Shown here in pieces: positions 12,900-25,865 of a stretch of 43,811 bases of DNA. The DNA comes from Octopus bimaculoides (lineage: Eukaryota): positions 3,530,699 through 3,574,509 of the forward strand of contig NC_069005.1 in assembly GCF_001194135.2 (NCBI RefSeq), in the 5' to 3' direction. Position 1 is the stretch's first letter. Each line of letters begins with the position of its first letter. The position numbers and the translations under genes are program-made. The notes below the pieces were generated by a model that was not told where the DNA came from, did no database searches, and worked only from the letters and a program-made list of their open reading frames with translations.

Positions 12900-14588
12900 A
12901 TAAACACAAACATATATATATATATATATAATTCTTTACTCATTTTGGTCATAAAAGCTTGACCATAACAAGTCAATGACTTTAGTTATATTTCCTCATC
13001 GTATAGAGATTTATTACGTACTGTTACCGATGTAATCTATTCCTATTTATATACATACCCATATATGGGCATGTATTTTGCTACTGCCTAACATATTGTA
13101 GACAGGATACCCTCGTATGGCTTCACTTAACTTGTCTTAGTAGAAAAGTATTCGACTTAATTCTCTCGCCGTCGCTCTCCGTTTGCACAAATCCGCCATT
13201 AAAATGGAAAACATTGGCCATTTCCATATTCATAAATCGCAACGTCTAACGTGATTGTCTTCCATGAGTGTGAGCCGAACATCCTTAGTCGGTTCTTTGG
13301 TTACTATCAACGCTAGCACACCACCCTCTAACCACCCAATAATTCTAATTCACACTGATTGTGCAAAATGCAATAACATTCTCCTCTTCATACAACGTGT
13401 TTCATTACATTTCTTTTACATTCGTTATCGGTCAGCCTAATATATCCCGTATCTATATATATGTACGATGAGTATGTGTGTGTGAGCGTGTATGTGTGTG
13501 TATGTGTAATGCACGTAGAAATGTATCCATGCACCTGTATACAAACGCACATACGCACACATTCAATCACACACAAACGCGCGCGCGCACACACACGCAA
13601 GAACACATCTGTATGTAATGCGGGACTCTCTCGTCGAAGCCGACGTTATGTGCTTTCAGCTTGCCAAACGATCTGTTCAATTGATTTCTTTATAGAGATT
13701 AAATGTTCGTGCTGTACGTTTTCTGCATGAAACCAACGTTGTCCGAACAGGTGCACGGTGCACCATATGGGAGTTGTCGAAGTGATAACAAAGCAACATA
13801 GGAGGATGTTTCTACTTAGTACAATCCTTAATTATTCAACACGGTGGTAACTTCTAACATACTTCGTTAAGTATGCCTATATATTTTTCTCTCTCCAAAG
13901 ACGGCATACTTAGCTGACGTTGAAAAAATGCTCATTAACACATACTCCACAAACTTACCTATTTTAGAAACAGCTGTAAGTAACTTTACCTATTTACTGT
14001 AACTTCTCTGCGCGTAGTTATTGTAAATTATAAATTAAAGGCGCTAAAATGATGCCGTCTGTTTTTCCTGCCTATTTTCTATTCATTATGTGTCTGTGTA
14101 TACATACACACACACATCAATATANNNNNNNNNNNNNNNNNNNNNNNNNNNNNNNNNNNNNNNNNNNNNNNNNNNNNNNNNNNNNNNNNNNNNNNNNNNN
14201 NNNNNNNNNNNNNNNNNNNNNNNNNNNNNNNNNNNNNNNNNNNNNNNNNNNNNNNNNNNNNNNNNNNNNNNNNNNNNNNNNNNNNNNNNNNNNNNNNNNN
14301 NNNNNNNNNNNNNNNNNNNNNNNNNNNNNNNNNNNNNNNNNNNNNNNNNNNNNNNNNNNNNNNNNNNNNNNNNNNNNNNNNNNNNNNNNNNNNNNNNNNN
14401 NNNNNNNNNNNNNNNNNNNNNNNNNNNNNNNNNNNNNNNNNNNNNNNNNNNNNNNNNNNNNNNNNNNNNNNNNNNNNNNNNNNNNNNNNNNNNNNNNNNN
14501 NNNNNNNNNNNNNNNNNNNNNNNNNNNNNNNNNNNNNNNNNNNNNNNNNNNNNNNNNNNNNNNNNNNNNNNNNNNNNNNNNNNNNNNN

Positions 14589-14624
<36 letters not shown>

Positions 14625-15654
14625 TGTATATATATATGCATGTATGAACGTAAACGCCTGTGTCACGTTCTATGTAGAAGTATTTGCACAAACGTGCGTC
14701 TGCATATGTTTTGCGTGAATGCGTGGATATGATATTAAATAATATTGAAAAAATAACAACAACGAAATAAGAACAAAATAGACGAGAAAAAAAAAGAATC
14801 TTTTATTTCAGAACACTTGAAGTATTTCATTTCTTTGTGCGTAGTGAAAAATAATATGTCACAGCAGAACACTACAGTCAGGCTGCAGGTTTTGCAGAAA
14901 CAATATCGTTATACATTTACCCGTACAGACTCGTATAGATTCGACAGGAAGTCATTTGCAGTAAACCGGAAATTAATTCCTGTATCTGAGACTCTACTTA
15001 CATTACTTCCAGCGAGTTTTGTTGTTGTTGTGTTGCTTTCCTGCATATGAAACAATCTAAATTGAAGAATATACAGCAGGCTGCTTTATGAAGATGGTAA
15101 TTAAAAATACATAGAATTATAGACTTATATTCCTTCATGTTCACATAGAAACAAGATCAATCGCAAGTTTATACACGCACATAGATATACGTGGTTGGTT
15201 ATAAGCTTGTATATATATACCATGCATGCACAGAAGTCTGATATCATGTTCGCACAACGAATGTCTATGTTTGTCTGGATGTGTGTATATATATATATAT
15301 ATATNNNNNNNNNNNNNNNNNNNNNNNNNNNNNNNNNNNNNNNNNNNNNNNNNNNNNNNNNNNNNNNNNNNNNNNNNNNNNNNNNNNNNNNNNNNNNNNN
15401 NNNNNNNNNNNNNNNNNNNNNNNNNNNNNNNNNNNNNNNNNNNNNNNNNNNNNNNNNNNNNNNNNNNNNNNNNNNNNNNNNNNNNNNNNNNNNNNNNNNN
15501 NNNNNNNNNNNNNNNNNNNNNNNNNNNNNNNNNNNNNNNNNNNNNNNNNNNNNNNNNNNNNNNNNTATATATATATATATATATTTATATATATCTATCC
15601 AAGAATGTGACTCTGTAAGTATGTATACAAATGCTTGCATACCTACAGATTTAT

Positions 15655-15702
<48 letters not shown>

Positions 15703-15944
15703 GACAGTATATATGGCTTAATGTTTAGTAGGAAATGTTAATGTAAGTCTTCAATAAGCAATTCATCTATGAACCTGTGCATCTGAACTTTGCTTACGAT
15801 TCTACGTCTTAATTTGCTTGTATTGAAAGTGTGAAGTGTGTACTACATGTACTTATGCTATTTCTCTGAAGTTGAAAGAAAGAAATAGCAGCTACACCAC
15901 CATAGCAGCTACGCCATAGTTTCCTTCCTATAAACTGCCCTAGT

Positions 15945-16140
15945 ATATTCTTTTCTAATCCAAGCACAAAGCCCGAAATTTTGGGGATGGGACCAGTCGA
16001 TACGCAACTGTTATTGAAATTTATCGATCCCGATAGGATGAAAGGCAAAGTCGACCTCGGTGGAATTTGAACTCAGAACGTAAAGACAGGTGAAATACCG
16101 CTAAGCATTTAGTCTGGCTTGCTAACCATTCTGCCAGATT
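15945..16140 (-). mobile_element. SINE family B, near full length
   Basis: ggatgaaaggcaaagtcgacctcggtggaatttgaactcagaacgtaaagacag-gtgaaataccgctaagcattt is nearly identical to 43337-43405. Confidence 0.9.
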
Positions 16141-16919
16141 AGTCTTGCACCAATTTAGGCCAAGTGGTTAATATTTTTTGGGGGTTCGGCGCAAGTACTG
16201 TGTGTAAGATTCTGTACATTTGTCAGATAAGTTTCATGACATTCGCCAATGCATTATAGTACGTAGAGTTTATCATTTGGCATTGCATCTACACAAAGCG
16301 AACACAAGTACAATTGAAATTTAGCGTTGACACCTGACACAAAAATATTCTATTCCATGAGGAGCAAACATTTTGAAACTTCTTTTCAATGTTACTACCG
16401 CATTTTGTTTCGTTCAAAAACACAAAACAAACTTGCTTAAGTGGTCTGCATACCATTCCAACTCGAGTCATGAACAATACATTAATAAATCCAATAATGC
16501 TACAACAAATTCTAGCATTCTACTGAATTTGGCATCCATACAAATACAGAATTACGAAAACTCTATTTGAAACACTATGTTTCGGTACAGGAATGTCAAA
16601 TTGGTGACATACGGAAACACTAATACTAAAACATAATAGAAAGCTTATATTCAGTATAGAAGATAAGATCAACACTACCGTACAAATCGACCTTACGCAT
16701 ATATTAGTTCGTTGATACGCTACATTTCACATATCAGAGCAGAAGATATTAAGGCAAGTTACGACACTGAGTAATAACTTGATTGGAGACTCAGTGCTCC
16801 CACTGGCGAAACTTAGAGTAGCAAGAGAATGATCCGAACAAAATATAATTTTATTCATCTTTAATAAATTATCGAGTACACTTGATCGTCACAGTCCATA
16901 CTACATTCCTGTGTTGGAT

Positions 16920-16973
<54 letters not shown>

Positions 16974-16995
16974 TTATTGTGTTATTATATCTGTA

Positions 16996-17022
16996 TCTTT
17001 TGCCGAACCGCTAGGTTACGCG
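16996..17022 (-). mobile_element. Short SINE family A 3'-part fragment
   Basis: tcttttgccgaaccgctaggttacg is a reverse complement of the cgtaa..agcggttcgg..aa block seen at 3147-3170. Confidence 0.45.
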
Positions 17023-17293
17023 GAGTGCAAAGACCACGAAGATACACAAACAAAAATACACACACACACGCATACACAAACGGACACACAGCCACACAGA
17101 GACACATATGCATATATATATAAATGTATATATGATATATATAGATTCTGAAGGGGTTAATTCACTTCTGAACTAAACGAATAGCTCGGCTGAGTAAATG
17201 CTATAGTTGGTCGACTGTGAAGTTCCAAGATCACATCTAAGGCTGCATCTACGGAAGTGTATTAGGGATCTGTTATAGCAGGTAGATATTTTA

Positions 17294-17460
17294 TTAGAGG
17301 AGAAATCGAAACCAAGACAGAACGGGTATCTCAAGTTTCTTTAGAATATTTCAATTAGGGCAAGGTGAATGTGGAGTCATACCCTGGAGTATTATTCTAA
17401 TGGAATTATTCTAAATAACTTGAGATAAACGTTCCGCCTTGGTTTTGATCTTTGCTCTAA
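17294..17460. mobile_element. MITE-like foldback element with TA flanks (Tc1/mariner type)
   Basis: An arm of about 55 bp, ttagaggagaaatcgaaaccaagacagaacgggtatctcaagtt..., is an imperfect inverted repeat of ...aacttgagataaacgttccgccttggttttgatctttgctctaa. TA lies at 17292-17293 and 17461-17462. Confidence 0.75.
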
Positions 17461-17475
17461 TATATTCTCATACGA

Positions 17476-17550
17476 ATTCCACTCAGAAACAAGAGTCTGG
17501 TCGGCCTGAGGCAATAGAAGAAAAAAACTTATAGAATTTGCCACGCAGTG
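17476..17550 (-). mobile_element. SINE family A fragment
   Basis: ccactcag...tggtcggcctgaggcaatagaagaa...tgccacgcagtg matches the reverse complement of 23700-23750 and 2980-2990. Confidence 0.65.
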
Positions 17551-17601
17551 TAAATGAAGGCATGTCGTTGCGACGCATGTTTATATATATATACATATAT
17601 C

Positions 17602-17632
<31 letters not shown>

Positions 17633-18545
17633 NNNNNNNNNNNNNNNNNNNNNNNNNNNNNNNNNNNNNNNNNNNNNNNNNNNNNNNNNNNNNNNNNNNN
17701 NNNNNNNNNNNNNNNNNNNNNNNNNNNNNNNNNNNNNNNNNNNNNNNNNNNNNNNNNNNNNNNNNNNNNNNNNNNNNNNNNNNNNNNNNNNNNNNNNNNN
17801 NNNNNNNNNNNNNNNNNNNNNNNNNNNNNNNNNNNNNNNNNNNNNNNNNNNNNNNNNNNNNNNNNNNNNNNNNNNNNNNNNNNNNNNNNNNNNNNNNNNN
17901 NNNNNNNNNNNNNNNNNNNNNNNNNNNNNNNNNNNNNNNNNNNNNNNNNNNNNNNNNNNNNNNNNNNNNNNNNNNNNNNNNNNNNNNNNNNNNNNNNNNN
18001 NNNNNNNNNNNNNNNNNNNNNNNNNNNNNNNNNNNNNNNNNNNNNNNNNNNNNNNNNNNNNNNNNNNNNNNNNNNNNNNNNNNNNNNNNNNNNNNNNNNN
18101 NNNNNNNNNNNNNNNNNNNNNNNNNNNNNNNNNNNNNNNNNNNNNNNNNNNNNNNNNNNNNNNNNNNNNNNNNNNNNNNNNNNNNNNNNNNNNNNNNNNN
18201 NNNNNNNNNNNNNNNNNNNNNNNNNNNNNNNNNNNNNNNNNNNNNNNNNNNNNNNNNNNNNNNNNNNNNTATATATATATATATGTATGTACACTCACAC
18301 AAATGTATGCATGTAAGTGGACAAACCAAAGAAAGAGTCTCAAAGTTATACGTAGGGGTTAACTATATATCCAGCTCCATAAAATATACAAATACATACA
18401 TATATATATATATATGTATCCATGTATGTATGTATACACATACTTACCCACATGCATAAATATACGCATGAATAAATACATATGTATATTTATGTATATC
18501 AATATGTGCGTGTCTCTGCGTGTGAGTGTGAATGTCTGCGTGTCT

Positions 18546-18597
<52 letters not shown>

Positions 18598-19800
18598 GTG
18601 ATGAAATTATGATAAGATGAAATTATGCATAGAAATTCAATGGCTACAGAAGTTTTCAAGTACAAATGTTGTTAGCTTCCAATAAAATGGGGTAACCAAG
18701 TTGTGCCTCAAAGTGACTAAAAAACGTAGAACAAAATTTATATAATATATTCATGAATAATTATATAAATGAATTTAAAGCCTGTATACGTTAATAATTA
18801 AATCGGCATGAGTTATGAAGAATATGAAACTTATGATAAAAATCTATATACAATAACGGGGAAAGTACAGAAATATCGACACAAGGATACACACACTCAC
18901 CCACGCAAGCGGACACACTGACAAACAAGAAAACAAAACAGCACAAGCATGTAATTCTCCTCCGTTTATTATTTTGCATTGACGTTCAATCCGTGAGCGT
19001 CTCTATGAGAGTGTATGTATAAACATATATATATACAATAACTATTCCTCCATTTATGTAAATATACATACATAAATATATATACATCTACAGATACATA
19101 TATAGATACATAGATATATAGTTAAATAAATATACATGTGTGTTTGTGTGTATACCTATTTATATACAGAAACAAGCAAACGTACGTATTTAAGAACTCA
19201 CATACACACTTATAGTTGTGTATANNNNNNNNNNNNNNNNNNNNNNNNNNNNNNNNNNNNNNNNNNNNNNNNNNNNNNNNNNNNNNNNNNNNNNNNNNNN
19301 NNNNNNNNNNNNNNNNNNNNNNNNNNNNNNNNNNNNNNNNNNNNNNNNNNNNNNNNNNNNNNNNNNNNNNNNNNNNNNNNNNNNNNNNNNNNNNNNNNNN
19401 NNNNNNNNNNNNNNNNNNNNNNNNNNNNNNNNNNNNNNNNNNNNNNNNNNNNNNNNNNNNNNNNNNNNNNNNNNNNNNNNNNNNNNNNNNNNNNNNNNNN
19501 NNNNNNNNNNNNNNNNNNNNNNNNNNNNNNNNNNNNNNNNNNNNNNNNNNNNNNNNNNNNNNNNNNNNNNNNNNNNNNNNNNNNNNNNNNNNNNNNNNNN
19601 NNNNNNNNNNNNNNNNNNNNNNNNNNNNNNNNNNNNNNNNNNNNNNNNNNNNNNNNNNNNNNNNNNNNNNNNNNNNNNNNNNNNNNNNNNNNNNNNNNNN
19701 NNNNNNNNNNNNNNNNNNNNNNNNNNNNNNNNNNNNNNNNNNNNNNNNNNNNNNNNNNNNNNNNNNNNNNNNNNNNNNNNNNNNNNNNNNNNNNNNNNNN

Positions 19801-19832
<32 letters not shown>

Positions 19833-20379
19833 CAGATATATGCGCGTGTGAATATTATGTGTGTAGCATCACATACTTATACATACATACATACATACAT
19901 ACATACATAGATTTAAAAATAGTTGTCCATACGTATGTAGGTATGTATAAATCATTCTTATACAACACAACTGACTGCATTCATAAATATATAATTATTC
20001 CGAGACTAAAGGTTAACAAGAGAGCAGGTGCTGAACTAACATATAATTATATTCGTAGGAGGCGCATTGTATGATTTTTCAAAGACAATCTTCTCATCAC
20101 TTACTCTCTTTCATAATTTTCTACATTTCTATACATGTCTGACATTGTTATTTCTGTGTTGAAAGTCAATATGCCTATCTCTCCCGGTTTGTGTTTCAAA
20201 GTATTTTCTTTGAATTGTTTAGTTCGTCTGTATCTGAATATATAGGCGTGTGTGTCAGCGTGTGAGTGTGTGATTGTGTGAACGATATTGCCTATACACG
20301 TGTTTGTGTCTCACCCTTTCTCTTTTTCGTCTCTCGTTCTTTCTGTCTCCCACTCTCTCTTCCACTCTCTCTCTCTTTC

Positions 20380-20419
<40 letters not shown>

Positions 20420-20791
20420 NNNNNNNNNNNNNNNNNNNNNNNNNNNNNNNNNNNNNNNNNNNNNNNNNNNNNNNNNNNNNNNNNNNNNNNNNNNNNNNNN
20501 NNNNNNNNNNNNNNNNNNNNNNNNNNNNNNNNNNNNNNNNNNNNNNNNNNNNNNNNNNNNNNNNNNNNNNNNNNNNNNNNNNNNNNNNNNNNNNNNNNNN
20601 NNNNNNNNNNNNNNNNNNNNNNNNNNNNNNNNNNNNNNNNNNNNNNNNNNNNNNNNNNNNNNNNNNNNNNNNNNNNNNNNNNNNNNNNNNNNNNNNNNNN
20701 NNNNNNNNNNNNNNNNNNNNNNNNNNNNNNNNNNNNNNNNNNNNNNNNNNNNNNNNNNNNNNNNNNNNNNNNNNNNNNNNNNNNNNNNNNN

Positions 20792-21129
20792 CAAAAATGA
20801 AAATAACAGTCATTTCCTTTTACCAAAATTACATAAACATACCTAGAAATACTAAAGAGAAAATTTATTCAATAAAATTGCCATTGACTTCGGCCACGGC
20901 CTCCAGACAACTTCGGAATTTCCTGGAACTCTTTTGAACGGGCTCCTTGTTTAAGCTTATGAATGCTGCCATAATCCTTGCCTTTAGTTCATCTTTGGTG
21001 CTACAAGGAGTTTTGTTGGTCTCACGCTCAACTGCACCCCACATATAATATTCAAAGTGGGTTGCAGTCTGGGGGAGTTAGGTAGCGAGATGTTAGTGGT
21101 GGTGTGGTCGAAGAAATTTCCTAGCAGTC

Positions 21130-21130
<1 letters not shown>
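20792..21130 (-). mobile_element. Decayed Tc1/mariner (DD37D/maT-like) transposase 3' end plus 3' UTR
   Basis: The minus strand with two single-base frameshifts reads *LLGNFFDHTTTNISLPNSP^DCNPL^EYYMWGAVERETNKTPCSTKDELKARIMAAFISLNKEPVQKSSRKFRSCLEAVAEVNGNFIE* (stop at 20865-20867). The SPD-x-NP-x-(D/E)-xxWG motif and the closing ..AVxxxNGxxIE motif are typical of IS630-Tc1-mariner C-termini. Confidence 0.85.
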
Positions 21131-21319
<189 letters not shown>

Positions 21320-21734
21320 ACTCGAGTGAATAGAGTAAAATATGCGTGTAGAGTCGAAATGGTTAAACTTGGAACGGATTTTCTCAAACTTATTTTGGAT
21401 GAGGTTCAACTTTCTCTACCTTCGATTCCTCGTTGGTTAAGTACGATCATCGATAAGAATGCGACCTAAGAATCAATCACAAATTAATTGCAAAGAGATC
21501 TTGTAACATCAGTTTAATGATTAAACAGAATCTTAAGACAAATGGAACACGTAGATAATGCGGGCAAGTACCTGCGTGCGGGTATAATGATTTGTCAGTG
21601 AAAATCGGTGGTGCCGGAATGCGATTGTCTTCAGGGATGAGAGAAAATACGACACGAATAGAGTTCTAACATTAATGAGACTAGGCTCGCACGCACACAT
21701 GCACTCAAATACATATGTATATATCTATGAGAAT

Positions 21735-21795
<61 letters not shown>

Positions 21796-22705
21796 NNNNN
21801 NNNNNNNNNNNNNNNNNNNNNNNNNNNNNNNNNNNNNNNNNNNNNNNNNNNNNNNNNNNNNNNNNNNNNNNNNNNNNNNNNNNNNNNNNNNNNNNNNNNN
21901 NNNNNNNNNNNNNNNNNNNNNNNNNNNNNNNNNNNNNNNNNNNNNNNNNNNNNNNNNNNNNNNNNNNNNNNNNNNNNNNNNNNNNNNNNNNNNNNNNNNN
22001 NNNNNNNNNNNNNNNNNNNNNNNNNNNNNNNNNNNNNNNNNNNNNNNNNNNNNNNNNNNNNNNNNNNNNNNNNNNNNNNNNNNNNNNNNNNNNNNNNNNN
22101 NNNNNNNNNNNNNNNNNNNNNNNNNNNNNNNNNNNNNNNNNNNNNNNNNNNNNNNNNNNNNNNNNNNNNNNNNNNNNNNNNNNNNNNNNNNNNNNNNNNN
22201 NNNNNNNNNNATATATATATATATATATACCTGTACATTCTTCGTATTATAATGATGTATAAAATGATTGTATGTTTGAGTGAGAGAAGGAGAATCTAAA
22301 CGAGTGAAAATCTACCTCATCTACATTTGCGAAGTGAATTAACAACTGTAAAAAGATACAATCACAAGTAAACCTTCGAAACAATACATAATTGTAACAT
22401 TCTTGTTAATTAGGAAGAATTGTTTTAGTTGAATTTGATAAAAATACACCATACTAAGTACAAACAAAGGTTGCGTAAAGCAGGAGATAATTTGGAATAT
22501 CGATATGAACGGAGGTTATGAACGGATTCCATTATAATTCATTGCATTTGTTATAATGAATGTTAACATTGTTTTCGCATGCAACTATGAAGGAAAAGCA
22601 AAAAGAAATACCAAGTATTATAGGAGCGATGTATATATATGCAGATAATGATATCTATATATGTGTGTTTATATATTTGTTTGTGCGCATATGTGTATAT
22701 TTGTG

Positions 22706-22903
<198 letters not shown>

Positions 22904-22934
22904 CACTCCGAGTATTTGTATGTATAAGTGTGTG

Positions 22935-23147
22935 TATTTAGATTCGTGTTTGTCCCAAACGACAGCCTGAAAATCTCTATGTTTTTGCGTACGTTTACGT
23001 AACGTAACGTTCGTCAAAAAGCTCTGATAAAATAAGCACAAGGCTTTAAAATTCAAACAAATAACGTCGTCAAGTTGTACGAGTAAACTTCTTAAGGTGG
23101 TTTTCAAACATGGTCGCATTCCAATAACTGAAACAAGTAAAAGATTT
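22935..23147 (+). mobile_element. SINE family A, 3' half
   Basis: gtgtttgtccc...cgttcgtcaaaaag...gataaaataagcacaaggctt...aaggtgg...caaacatggtcgca...aataactgaaacaagtaaaagat resembles the tails of 1965-2280 and 2929-3210. Confidence 0.65.
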
Positions 23148-23635
23148 GAGATGAAACAATAATATCGTGACCACTTATGAGATCATTCATAGCCTCGTAC
23201 AACGTTGCTTCCCTAAATATATTTTTTGCTCATGGTTTACATTTTTTTTTATATCCTCGTAGCCTTTATATACATGGCTCTTAAAATTAATACTCTACCC
23301 TTCTAGTTGTGTATTTTCATTCCGATTAAGCTTTGCTACTATAAACGTTTTCATCTTCAGTATATCGATTGCTGTTTTAACTGTCACCTTTAATCTCAGG
23401 AATAATATTATGTAGAAATATTACTCATTCTTTTATATTTACAAGACCATAAACACAAAGCACCGTGTTCTACTATAGCGTATGATTTGAATCCAAAAAC
23501 GGTTTTATTTATAGAGCTGGAAAATCGTGTGAGGTGAACGACATTTCGTATTGAGACACGTTTTGAAGTAAGGATTTATTAAAACAACAATAAATCATCT
23601 TTCGCATCTGTAAATATCATAAATAAGCGCAAGAG

Positions 23636-23878
23636 TTTCTGTGTGGTACGTAGCTTGTTTACCAACCACATGGTTTCGGGTTCAGTGGGCATCTTAGGGA
23701 AGTGTTTTCTACTATAGCCTCGGGCCGACCAAATCCTTGGGAGTGGATTTGGTAGATGTAAACTGAAAGAAGCCCGTCTTATATAAATGTGTGTGTGTGT
23801 GTGTGTGTATGTTTTTGTCGGTGTTTGTCCCCGCAACATCGCTTGACAACCGATGCAGGTGTGTTTAAGTCTCCGAAA
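23636..23878 (+). mobile_element. tRNA-derived SINE family A, best-preserved copy
   Basis: A head with A-box-like ctgtgtggta and B-box-like gggttcagt, then ttttctactatagcctcgggccgaccaaatcc...aaactgaaagaagcccgtc, a (TG)n tract and catcgcttgacaaccgatg. There are about 10 relatives in the window. Confidence 0.9.
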
Positions 23879-25797
23879 CCATTCAATAACAGATACAATT
23901 TGATTTTTATGAAAATCAGAGGACAACTGTGGTTACGTGTTTCTACCTCACGTATTATCATCAGTGTAACAATTCCTGCTCATTAACTGCAGCAGACGAA
24001 GCATTTATAATTATAATGCAAGTAGTAAAACATGTCTATACCCTACGTAAGTTACGTCATTGAAACTACAATGAGATGTCTGGATGAATCAATTTTATAT
24101 TAATTAACATAGACATATATTCTTCATTAACAGAGATCCATAACAATCCCCAAGAGTTTTGTGTGTGTGTATGCACTGATATTTATGTACAATTTTTATA
24201 GGTGTTTGCGTGCAGCAATGTGTTTTGATTTGCTTTTTTTTTATTCAATCCTACATGTAAGTCGCACAGAAATGGAAAAGTTATGAGTATTAGAAAAGTA
24301 AATATGTTATATATATATATATATATAATTCAGAGATAGAGAGAGGGGCGAAGGGGAGTGTGTGTGTGTGTGTGCGCGTGAGAAAGGAAGAAAGAAGGAA
24401 AGACAACATGATCAAATGATAAGAAGATAAGAATGATTATAGATAAGTAGAATATGCAAATCGAAACACGCAGAATGAAGTTGAAAAAAAGAGTCAACAT
24501 ATACATTCATAATACATATACACAAATACATGCATACACACACATACACATGAAATTACACCCACACATACATGTATATATATATGTGTATACATGTCAG
24601 TGTTTGTGTGTTTCTGTGTATGTGTGTGTGTATAAAGGCACATTTAAGTTGACATGTGTATGTGTACAAATTTGAATGTGTATGGTTTATACTTTTAATT
24701 ATGAGAGTATTTTCTGTAAAAAGAAAAAAAATATCTTATTCTATTGTTCTCGAATCGAATACGTGGTAATACACAAGTGGATTATATTAAAATAAATACA
24801 AGTAGAAGAGTATAGAATACAGCAAATTTCCGAAATTCTGAATTAGCGCTTCGAGGCGAATTCCGTTTCATATTGATCTAATTTATTCATTCGGTACATT
24901 AAAATAGTGAATATACATTGTCTTCTTTAATTAATCGATTGAGATATGACTCTATTATTTAACTGTTTACAATAATTCAATGTTTATTTGTCTATTTGTA
25001 AATTTCTATCCTTAGATAACAAGTTAGTCCTGCCTGAGGATACGTCTGGCCTGCACTATAATACAAGGTGAGGAGTTATTTCTTCTCCCCAAACCAACTG
25101 AAATGTTTCTGTTGCGCCTAAACTTAAGAAGGGCGTGTGTTACGGAAACACAAATATCATTGTAGAAAAATATGCAGGTATGATGGCATGTATATACACA
25201 TTATTAATTCTATTTACTTTTACAGATTTGTTGTCTTCCAATCTTCATTGGTTGAACTAACACTTCGTTTGTTCTTGACTTTCAAGTGTTTTCGTCCAGT
25301 TTATTTTCACTAAAATTACATAATCTATAATACTTTTTTTCTTATTTCTCTTAGTCGAGTATTGCGCTGGAGCATTTTGTTCCCTAAAACGCACCTGCTC
25401 TTGTATAAACCCATTCACACATAAATACACCACCCATGTATATTCATACGCATACAGATGCACTCACTACGTGTTTATATATATATATATATATATATAT
25501 ATCTATATATATATGCATATATGTATATCAAAATGTAACCACGTGTGTATCGTTGGCAATTTTCTTCCTTCATCTTCCCTTCCTATGGACTTTCCTCTAT
25601 TTTTGAAGAAGAGCTTTGCTCGAAACCTTAAACCCTATTTCCTTCCTTTCCTGAGCGTCCGATAATACAGTACTTGTACCACGTATTCGCGTTATTGTTT
25701 TTTTCTTGTTTGTTCCTCTCTGTTTGGATTCATTACGTATATGTGTGTGTGTATGTGTGTATGTGTGTGTGTGCATGTATATATGCGTATATACACT

Positions 25798-25865
<68 letters not shown>

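Noticed and set aside
13948-14000. Apparent tiny exons on either strand (ttttag|aaacagct|gtaagt; minus-strand AG|GTAAGT)
   Set aside because: The 8-nt length breaks frame, the minus-strand acceptor lacks a pyrimidine tract, and the motifs sit in a local ttacctattt tandem duplication.
23925-23970. Minus-strand CTGATGA...GAAA hammerhead-like words (also 21600-21635 and 23335-23365)
   Set aside because: Each lacks at least one essential part: stem I pairing, the GAAA box or stem II.
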